Positions 1 through 7,439 of a DNA stretch of 64,000 nt are shown here, piece by piece. Made by a program: the position numbers and the translations under genes. This DNA is from Armatimonadota bacterium (GTDB lineage: Bacteria; Armatimonadota; UBA5829; DTLH01), in assembly GCA_039680575.1 (NCBI GenBank), contig JBDKSP010000095.1, positions 12,910-76,909 of the forward strand, given 5' to 3'. Position 1 is the stretch's first letter, and the number at the start of each line of letters is the position of its first letter. The notes beneath the pieces were generated by a model. It had not been told where the DNA came from and made no database searches. It saw only the letters and a list, made by a program, of their open reading frames with translations.

Positions 1-8
1 TATGCTTA

Positions 9-2927
9 ATGGTAGCAGCTATAATGCTGCTGTGTTTGTATTTACCTGCCTCGGTCTTTTGTGAGCCGATGGGAAATATTCAAGTTACGCTTCTTCCCGC
101 TGATGCGATAAGTGCAGATGCGACGTGGCGGGTTGTTGGTGAGACAACATGGCATGCAAGTAGCGATAGTGTCAGCTATGCGATAAGCAGCTACCCGCAG
201 GGCTGCACTCTCGAGTTCAGTCGCGTAGCCGGTTGGCGTACTCCGCAGACAAGAACCCTGACGCTCGCCGATGGTAATACTACAACCTCCACGGCGACAT
301 ACCACAACTCCACTTACCTAGTTGCCGATTCCTATGCTGATTTTTCGCTCGTCCAAGGGAGCAAGGACTGGTATTATGGCTTCTATTATCCCTACAATGT
401 TCCCAGTTTCTATCCATTCAGCCTGACCGGCAGCGATGCCTACGGTTCTCTCTGGTATCAAGGTGGAACGGCTCGCGTTTGGGCTGCAGGTGCTCATCCT
501 GAGACATCTGTGCAAACGGTGCGAAGATGGGTCAGCAATATCGATTCAGAGGCCAATATTTCCGGTGTAATGTGGAAATTGATCAGCGGCGGCAATGGAT
601 TTTTCGGCTTTGTTGGTATTAATGGCGCTTTGCAGGTTAGCAACACTATCGCTGGCACAAACACAACAGGAATAGCATATAGTTTCAATACTCGTCTTGC
701 GTCAGGAGACAACGTCGACTTTTTTGTTGATGCGGCCGGAGACGCAAGCTACGATCACTGCGGCTTCATAGGCACAATAAAGGTGCCAATGTCGACCGGT
801 TCTCTGCGTGTAAATATTCAACCAGCCGGGGCAGTTGCCGCGGGAGCAAAATGGCGGAGACAAGGAACGGCCCAGTGGTTTACAAGCGGCGAGACGGAAT
901 ACGATATTGCCGTGGGAGACTATTGTGTTGAGTTCGCCGACGCCACCAATTGGGGGACGCCTGCCAGGCAGATGGTTACAATCGCGGCTGATCTAACGAA
1001 AAATATTACCAGCACATATCTGCCGATGGGTGATATAAAGGTCAATATTATGCCTGCTCTGGCAGTAACCCAGAAAGGGCAGTGGAGGCCTGTCGGTACG
1101 GCTATCTGGCACAACAGTGGAGATTCAGTAAGATTTGCGGTTGGAAATCACAGCATTGAGTTTAAGGATATCATCGGCTGGAAAGAACCGATGAAAAGGA
1201 CCATAACAGTATCTGAAAATCAAACTACTCAGACAATCGCCACATATCACGGCGGCAGTGTTGTTGCCTGGGGCAATAACGATTATGGTCAATGCAATCC
1301 GGCTGCTCCTAACTCGGAATACGTTGCGGTCTCTGGAGGCTATGATTTTGCCGTCGGCTTGAAATCCGACGGTTCAGTCACCCAATGGGGACAGATCGGT
1401 GGCATCATACCATCTCCAAATTCTGACTTCACAGCGATATCCTGTGGCAACTGGCATACCGTGGGCTTGAAATCCGATGGATCTGCTGTCTGCTGGGCTA
1501 ACAATATTTGGGGTAGTTATTCTGGCCAGTGCAATATGCCGTCGCCGAACAGTGGCTTCACAGCAATTAGTAGTTCCGCATATAACTCGCTTGGCCTGAA
1601 ATCTGACGGAAGTATAGTTTGCTGGGGTGACAATACTGACAGCCAGCGTATTGTCCCAGCTCCAAACTCAGGTTTCGTGTCGGTTGCAGGCGGTGGAAAC
1701 CACTTCATTGGTTTGAAATCCGACGGCACGATTGTCTGCTGGGGCACCAATAAATTCGGTGAGCGTGATATACCATCACCCAACTCTGGTTTTAAAGCGG
1801 TTGCCTGCGGCAACATTCATTCGCTTAGTTTGAAAACCGATGGCGGTATTGTCTGCTGGGGTGACAACTATTACGGAGAGTGCACTGCACCAACTTCCAC
1901 TGACTTTGTGTCGGTTGCCGGGGATGGAGGCATATCCATTGCCCTTAGAACCAATGGCTCAGTCGCAGTATGGGGGAATGGCACTGCGCCGATTCCCAAC
2001 GAAGGATTTTTGGCTGTCGACGTCGGGCCAAGCTTCTATTTTGCTATTAAAAAGACAGATGCCGGATCGCTGACTGTAACAATCGCTCCAACCGAAGCAG
2101 CTGCCGCAGGAACAAAATGGCGGCGCGCAGGAACGAGCACGTGGTTTGCAAGCGGCGAGACTGAGTATGACATTCCGGTAGGTGATTATACTATCGAACT
2201 CAGCGATTTGCCCGGATGGACAAAGCCATCACCAACTGTAACCATAACCGCTGACCAAAACATGGCGTGTACTGCGACCTATATTGCCCCCGATGCGATA
2301 GCACTACCCAACGCGAAGAAATCCGCTGATGGTACACCCATTCGGATAACAGGCGCGATAGTCTCAGCGGCATGGCCTGATGTTTTCTATATCGAGGCGG
2401 ATAACAGAGCCTCGGGCATACGCGTAGAGAAGACTGCTCACGGCTTAATCTGTGGAAAACTGGCCGATGTAGTCGGAATATTGGGCACAAATGCCGACGG
2501 CGAACGCTTCATACAAGCATCCACCGCAATTAGTAATGGAGACGGTGACGTTAAACCGCTTGGGATGACAAATAAGCTTATTGGCGGTGGAAGTCTGCTA
2601 GATTCTGTAACTGGTATAGGGCAAATGGGAGTGCTAAAGGGATTCGGTTTGAACAATATCGGCCTGCTTGTCCGCACATTTGGCAGAGTTGTAGAAATCG
2701 AACAGGTGATTGCCCCGGCTCTTCCGACGTGGTTCATAATCGATGATGGAAGCGACGCTCAAGTCAAATGTATAGTTCCTGATGGTGTGTCGATAAACTC
2801 AGAATGGGATTATGTATCGGTAACCGGCATTTCATCTTGCGAGAAAGATGGAACAGATATCATCAGATTAGTTCGCATCCGTAAAATAGATGATGTAGCA
2901 TCTATAGATTATCGGCTGATTAATTAA
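9..2927 (+). CDS. Secreted multidomain protein: four ~75-aa beta-rich repeats, RCC1/BLIP-II-type beta-propeller, C-terminal ~200-aa OB-fold-like module (start may lie upstream of the window)
   Basis: Signal-peptide-like N-terminus. Repeated GLKSDG(S/T)xVCWGxNxxG(Q/E) blades. Four repeats of G-x-(L/I)-x-V-x-I-x-P...WR...GT..W..SG..EF..GW..P. The frame is open back to the window edge. Confidence 0.8.
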   Translation: MVAAIMLLCLYLPASVFCEPMGNIQVTLLPADAISADATWRVVGETTWHASSDSVSYAISSYPQGCTLEFSRVAGWRTPQTRTLTLADGNTTTSTATYHNSTYLVADSYADFSLVQGSKDWYYGFYYPYNVPSFYPFSLTGSDAYGSLWYQGGTARVWAAGAHPETSVQTVRRWVSNIDSEANISGVMWKLISGGNGFFGFVGINGALQVSNTIAGTNTTGIAYSFNTRLASGDNVDFFVDAAGDASYDHCGFIGTIKVPMSTGSLRVNIQPAGAVAAGAKWRRQGTAQWFTSGETEYDIAVGDYCVEFADATNWGTPARQMVTIAADLTKNITSTYLPMGDIKVNIMPALAVTQKGQWRPVGTAIWHNSGDSVRFAVGNHSIEFKDIIGWKEPMKRTITVSENQTTQTIATYHGGSVVAWGNNDYGQCNPAAPNSEYVAVSGGYDFAVGLKSDGSVTQWGQIGGIIPSPNSDFTAISCGNWHTVGLKSDGSAVCWANNIWGSYSGQCNMPSPNSGFTAISSSAYNSLGLKSDGSIVCWGDNTDSQRIVPAPNSGFVSVAGGGNHFIGLKSDGTIVCWGTNKFGERDIPSPNSGFKAVACGNIHSLSLKTDGGIVCWGDNYYGECTAPTSTDFVSVAGDGGISIALRTNGSVAVWGNGTAPIPNEGFLAVDVGPSFYFAIKKTDAGSLTVTIAPTEAAAAGTKWRRAGTSTWFASGETEYDIPVGDYTIELSDLPGWTKPSPTVTITADQNMACTATYIAPDAIALPNAKKSADGTPIRITGAIVSAAWPDVFYIEADNRASGIRVEKTAHGLICGKLADVVGILGTNADGERFIQASTAISNGDGDVKPLGMTNKLIGGGSLLDSVTGIGQMGVLKGFGLNNIGLLVRTFGRVVEIEQVIAPALPTWFIIDDGSDAQVKCIVPDGVSINSEWDYVSVTGISSCEKDGTDIIRLVRIRKIDDVASIDYRLIN

Positions 2928-2943
2928 CGGCCAATCATATATT

Positions 2944-3090
2944 GGCTGTTGCCGAAAATCTTCCGGAAGAGTTTCAGGTGTAAGTGTAAAATTAACAGAT
3001 AAAGCTATATCAGAGAACTGTTTATATAACTGTAAGGCTGTTACTTTATCTCCTGAAACTCTATAAATAGGAAAAATCCTCGGCATCTAC
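2944..3090. mobile_element. MITE-like / IS-end remnant with imperfect terminal inverted repeats
   Basis: Left end 2944-2980 partly mirrored at 3052-3085 (cctgaaactct...tcggca). Left end matches the reverse complement of 30229-30265 at 34/37. Confidence 0.45.
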
Positions 3091-3214
3091 TTGTTGTCCA
3101 TAATGCGACATTAATAGTTCATAGAGTGGTTCGTGATTTTAACTCTTGGCCAACCATTAAACTCTGTTGAATATTCAATAGAGTCTTTATTTGTTTGTAT
3201 AGGGGATAGCGTGG

Positions 3215-4168
3215 ATGAAGAAGCCTACCAGTTTTGAGACTGCCTACAGATCATTGTGGCGTATTGAATCGGGCAATATGGACGATGAAGCCATATCTGA
3301 ACTCAAAAGCGCGATCAATGGGAAAAACAGCCTGCTCGCATCAAAAGCTGCCGATCTAGCCGCAAACTATGGTTTTAGCAACCTGATCCCCGACATGATC
3401 TCCGCGTTCGAACGGTTCATGATAGATGGAGTCCGAAATGACAAGCTCTGTAACGCTAAAATCTCCATCGTAAATGCGCTGAACAAGTTTGAATATATGG
3501 GTGATGAGGTCTTTCGTAAAGGGGCTTACTATATCCAGATGGAGCCCGCGTATGGCAAACCAATCGACGCAGCCGTCAAGGTGCGTATAGGCTGCGCTTA
3601 TGGTCTGGCACGGATCATCTGCCTGGATGCTTCTTATATACTCACCGATCTTCTTGTCGATGCTGACCCGGAAGTGCGTACAGCTGCGGTTAAGTCGCTC
3701 AGTTATCTTGGCAATCCTGAAAGCGAACTCCTGCTTAGGCTGAAAGTCCTTACCGGTGATGAAGACCCTAATGTGATCAGTGAATGCTTCGACGGATTGA
3801 TTACAATGGCCCCAGACCGCTCTTTAGGATTCGTTTCGCGCTATTTGCGAACTGCTGATGCTGCTATGGCCCAATCCGCCGCAATCGCTATAGGAAACTC
3901 AAGACTATCAAGAGCCTACGATGTGCTGCGGGAATATTGGGACGATTTTCCATCACCATCGACTCGCCGGATGCTCATTCTGCCCATCGCACTTGTGAGA
4001 AGCACTGAAGCATTCAACTTTTTGCTCGATATAGTCCGAGATGCCGATAGCAAAACCGCCTCAGAGGCTATTGATGCGCTTCGAATTTACCCCTCAACTG
4101 AAAACATAGAACAAGTCCGGGAAGTAATGGAAAGCAGAAACGACCCCGCGCTTATGAAACTGATTTAG
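3215..4168 (+). CDS. HEAT-repeat (PBS lyase-like) protein
   Basis: 317-aa helical ORF with HEAT-like motifs (LLVDADPEVRTAAVKSLSYLG; AQSAAIAIG); purine-rich RBS upstream. Confidence 0.75.
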   Translation: MKKPTSFETAYRSLWRIESGNMDDEAISELKSAINGKNSLLASKAADLAANYGFSNLIPDMISAFERFMIDGVRNDKLCNAKISIVNALNKFEYMGDEVFRKGAYYIQMEPAYGKPIDAAVKVRIGCAYGLARIICLDASYILTDLLVDADPEVRTAAVKSLSYLGNPESELLLRLKVLTGDEDPNVISECFDGLITMAPDRSLGFVSRYLRTADAAMAQSAAIAIGNSRLSRAYDVLREYWDDFPSPSTRRMLILPIALVRSTEAFNFLLDIVRDADSKTASEAIDALRIYPSTENIEQVREVMESRNDPALMKLI

Positions 4169-4446
4169 CTGACAGCCATCAGCTTTTGAACCGCGGAAAC
4201 GCGGAACGAATAGAAACGCGGAGGGTGGAGACTTAAAGCATTTACCCTTTCTTCGGGACCGTAGTTCTACCACGGAGAGAAGCACACTTCCCTATGCTAT
4301 TCGGGACCGCTTTTCGTCCCGAAGCACGATTTTGCGCAGACTCGAAAAGTTGGCTTCGGCGCAAACTACACGCACCAAGCATAAGAGGTGTCCCAGTACA
4401 ACTTCGAACAATCTCTTCTGTTCTCTGTTTCCCTGTCATCTGTTCC
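4166..4446. repeat. Mosaic intergenic repeat: module A (tagctgacagccatcagc), module B REP-like palindrome (4295-4326, half copy at 4251), module C (atctcttctgttc... heptamer-derived)
   Basis: The same three modules occur in the same order at 27051-27170; B and C also occur at 63722-63791. Confidence 0.7.
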
Positions 4447-5608
4447 CTATAAAAGCGGCAATAGCCGCGTCGTACACCTGTTTTACCGGCACTCCGCGCT
4501 CACTGGCAGCCCGTTTGCAGTCGTCGTATTCCGGAGATGCGTTCATTATTCGGCCGTTTAGCTGGCCGATTTTGATCCTAACCTTACCGAACTCCGTTTC
4601 GACCTCCTGCCACTGACGCTCCAGGCATGCGCGCTCCATACGCTGTATCCGCACGCCTAGAGTCGATGTCTCTCGCAGTAATGTCTCTATGACCTTCTGC
4701 TCAAGTTCCGGTGAGCAGATAACCGATAGTAGCATTCCCGGCCGGTTTTTCTTCATCTGGATGGGGCTTAAGAAAACATCTAGCGCTCCAACTGCGAAGA
4801 GCCGGTCCATAACAAAGTCGTAAATCTGAGGGTTAAGGTCGTCAATATTGGTCTGTATTACGGAAACTTCATCCGCTGGGGTCTTCTTGTCCACGGTCTC
4901 GCCCAGCATCACCCTCAGAACGTTCGGAAAACCATGGTCTTGAGTTCCTGCGCCGTAGCCGACCTTCTCGACCGACATTGGAGGCATCGGACCGAAGTCT
5001 GACGAGAGAGTAGTAATAATAGCCGCGCCTGTTGGGGTAACAAGCTCACCCTCTGCGCCAACTTCGCGCCAGGGAACACCCTTTAGCAACTCCATTGTAG
5101 CAGGCGCAGGCAGTGGAAATGTCCCATGTGAGCCGGTAGCAAAGCCGTGAAATGTGGGCATGGGGCTTGAGACGATCTTTGGCCGTCCAATGAGCTCAAG
5201 ACAGATTGCAGTCCCGATTATATCGATTATTGCATCGACCGCACCTACTTCGTGAAAATGCACATCATCCGGGCTGGAACCATGGACTGTCGCTTCCGCC
5301 TCAGCAAGCCGTTTGAATATCGCGCCGGACTTCTCTTTCACCCAGTCAGAAAGGCTAGAGCCATCGATTATGGATAGAATATCCCCCAGCCTTCTATGAT
5401 GATGGTGATGGTGCTCCATTACGACTTCAACATCGGTCGCCGCTATATGGTTCTTCTCAGTCCTCTTGACATCAAGTGTGTAGCCTTCTACACCCAGGCA
5501 GGAGAGCGCCTCACGAAGCTTTTCCGGATCCGCCCCCACCCCAATGAGCGCGCCGAGGGTCATGTCTCCGCTTATGCCTGCAAAACAATCGAAATATGCG
5601 GTTTTCAT
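4436..5608 (-). CDS. larC: Nickel pincer cofactor nickel insertase LarC (single uninterrupted ORF)
   Basis: YFDCFAGISGDMTLGAL, His-rich EHHHHHHRR, VHFHEVGAVDAIIDI, GELVTPTGAA, TNIDD, MKKNRPG, PEYDDC. Confidence 0.95.
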   Translation of the reverse strand: MKTAYFDCFAGISGDMTLGALIGVGADPEKLREALSCLGVEGYTLDVKRTEKNHIAATDVEVVMEHHHHHHRRLGDILSIIDGSSLSDWVKEKSGAIFKRLAEAEATVHGSSPDDVHFHEVGAVDAIIDIIGTAICLELIGRPKIVSSPMPTFHGFATGSHGTFPLPAPATMELLKGVPWREVGAEGELVTPTGAAIITTLSSDFGPMPPMSVEKVGYGAGTQDHGFPNVLRVMLGETVDKKTPADEVSVIQTNIDDLNPQIYDFVMDRLFAVGALDVFLSPIQMKKNRPGMLLSVICSPELEQKVIETLLRETSTLGVRIQRMERACLERQWQEVETEFGKVRIKIGQLNGRIMNASPEYDDCKRAASERGVPVKQVYDAAIAAFIGNR

Positions 5609-6357
5609 TTATTCACCTGATGTGCGAAGTAACCTGCGCCGAATCCATTGTCGATATTAGTCACAGCGACCCCGGCTGCACAGGAATTGAGCATTGCAAG
5701 AAGCGCGGAAAGCCCGCCGAAGCTCGCGCCGTAACCAACACTCGTCGGAACGGCTATAACCGGCTTTGAAACAAGCCCGCCGACCACGCTCGCAAGAGCG
5801 CCTTCCATACCAGCCACAACGATCAGCACGTTTGCATTCATAAGCCGTTCTTTTTGATCCAGAAGCCTGTGGATTCCGGCGACACCGATGTCATAAGCCC
5901 GCTCTACACGGCTCCCCATTGTCTCCGCCGTGATTGCTGCTTCTTCAGCAACCGGCACATCGGCTGTCCCTGCGCAGACTACCATTATGTATTTATCATC
6001 AGCAGGCTTTGCCGTTTCAACCTCTTTGTTCACGACTACTACTCTTGCGAGTTCGTGATAAGTCGAGTTATCGACTTCGGACACTATCCGAATGGCTGTC
6101 TCTTTTGACACTCTCGTGGCGAGCACCTTTGAATTGCGTTCTGAAAGCCGTTTGACTATCTCTACAGCCTGCTCGCAGGTCTTTCCCTGGCAGAAAACGA
6201 CCTCTGGAAATCCTGTCCGAATCTCTCTATGCATATCGAGCTTGGCATATCCTATATCTTCATAGGGCAGTGTGCGAAGCTGCATCATAGCGTCTTCTAT
6301 CGGAACTCCGCCGCATTTTACATCCTCAAGCAGCTTTTGGAGTCGTTCAGTGTCCAT
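5605..6357 (-). CDS. larB: NPN biosynthesis carboxylase/hydrolase LarB (PurE-like)
   Basis: RTGFPEVVFCQGK, AGTADVPVAEEA, DIGVAGIHRL, AGMEGALASVVGG, PTSVGYG, NSCAAGVAVTNIDNGFGA. Confidence 0.95.
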   Translation of the reverse strand: MDTERLQKLLEDVKCGGVPIEDAMMQLRTLPYEDIGYAKLDMHREIRTGFPEVVFCQGKTCEQAVEIVKRLSERNSKVLATRVSKETAIRIVSEVDNSTYHELARVVVVNKEVETAKPADDKYIMVVCAGTADVPVAEEAAITAETMGSRVERAYDIGVAGIHRLLDQKERLMNANVLIVVAGMEGALASVVGGLVSKPVIAVPTSVGYGASFGGLSALLAMLNSCAAGVAVTNIDNGFGAGYFAHQVNK

Positions 6358-7183
6358 TATTCTCTACCTCAGACGGCTTCAACACAGCGTTCATGCTACC
6401 TGTGCGATAGCCATTCATGTCTAATGTTGTATATGTATATCCTATATTCTTGAACTTATCAGCAACCAATTGCCGTATTTCATTGGATGCGAGCCGCGGT
6501 ATTTCATCCGGTTCTACTTCTATCCTAGCGACTGTGCCGTGGTGCCGGACTCTGACCTGGCGGAAACCAAGGTCCTTCAAGTATTTTTCAGCTTCTTCGA
6601 GCTTTTTCAATACTTCCAGCTCTATTCGGGTCCCGTAAGGTATTCGAGACGCGAGGCATGCAAATGCAGGTTTATCCCAGGTCGAGAGCCTCATTCCTTG
6701 TGATAATTTTCTGATCTCATCCTTATTTAGCCCTGCTTCTCTGAGTGGGTTCCTTACTCCAAGCTCGGCTGCTGCACGGCTGCCGGGTCGAAAATCGCTC
6801 AAATCATCGACATTGGCACCATCGGCGACCCAGCGTATCTCACGCTCTTTTGCAATCGCTATCAACTTCCCGAAGAGCTCCGACTTACAGAAATAGCATC
6901 TATCCGAAGTATTACAGGCGAAGTTCTCGCTTTTAAGCTCATCGGTGTGTATACGAACCAGGTTCAGTCCAAGATTTGCAGCGGTTTTCTCCGCTTCCAG
7001 GACTTCTGATGCAGGATATGTCTCCGAAGACGCCAGGACGCACACCGCATGGTCCTTCAAAACTTCCGTTGCGACCGCTGCAAGAAATGTGCTGTCTACT
7101 CCACCGGAGTATCCGAGCACCAGCCCACCCATATCCGATAGAATTACCCTCAGTCGTTCCAACTTACCGTCAATTATGCTCAT
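6347..7183 (-). CDS. larE: ATP-dependent sulfur transferase LarE (CXXC...C type)
   Basis: PP-loop SGGVDS, DRCYFCK, DFRPG, ACLASRIPYG, QVRVRHHG. Confidence 0.95.
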   Translation of the reverse strand: MSIIDGKLERLRVILSDMGGLVLGYSGGVDSTFLAAVATEVLKDHAVCVLASSETYPASEVLEAEKTAANLGLNLVRIHTDELKSENFACNTSDRCYFCKSELFGKLIAIAKEREIRWVADGANVDDLSDFRPGSRAAAELGVRNPLREAGLNKDEIRKLSQGMRLSTWDKPAFACLASRIPYGTRIELEVLKKLEEAEKYLKDLGFRQVRVRHHGTVARIEVEPDEIPRLASNEIRQLVADKFKNIGYTYTTLDMNGYRTGSMNAVLKPSEVENNGH

Positions 7184-7195
7184 AATGCCTCAGAC

Positions 7196-7316
7196 AAAAA
7201 AAGCCATCAAGCTCGTCGCCCGTTTTGGACGGCGCCTTCATGGCCTCAGATTCAGTTTAATGATATTTATAACTTGACTCCAGCTTCAGCCGGAGACTCA
7301 AGAGCCTTCACAACTC
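7196..7316 (-). promoter_or_regulatory. Structured 5' leader / attenuator of larEBC ending in an intrinsic terminator (stem 7244-7203, U7 tail 7202-7196)
   Basis: Minus-strand hairpins GAGUU-GUGAA-GGCUC and CUCCGGC-UGAA-GCUGGAG, then terminator GCCAUGAAG...CUUGAUGGC-UUUUUUU just before the larE RBS. Confidence 0.7.
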
Positions 7317-7323
7317 AGTCGAT

Positions 7324-7353
7324 AGTATATACCGAAGAGAGGATTCACGTCAA
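7324..7353 (-). promoter_or_regulatory. Sigma70-type promoter for larEBC
   Basis: TTGACG (7353-7348) - 18 nt - TATACT (7329-7324); predicted start ~7317, at the first leader hairpin. Confidence 0.65.
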
Positions 7354-7439
7354 ACTGTGAAATCCATCGCTCAGCCGCTCTATTTATATGATAATATATA
7401 GCAACTGAGCTTTCATAAATATCCATTTGGAGATTGAAT

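Noticed and set aside
1260..2040. DNA repeats (tgaaatccga...tgctggg) as a non-coding array
   Set aside because: Explained by coding propeller-blade repeats.
4251..4326. CRISPR array from the palindromic 30-mers
   Set aside because: Copies are dispersed, not regularly spaced with unique spacers; no cas genes.
5396..5413. His6 tract in larC as a cloning tag or artefact
   Set aside because: His-rich segments at this position are a normal LarC feature.
7196..7316. Calling the larE leader a NiCo riboswitch or canonical ANTAR site
   Set aside because: Lacks the CUGAxCAGGC...GCCGGGC...CAG core, and the loops are not A1/G4 hexaloops.
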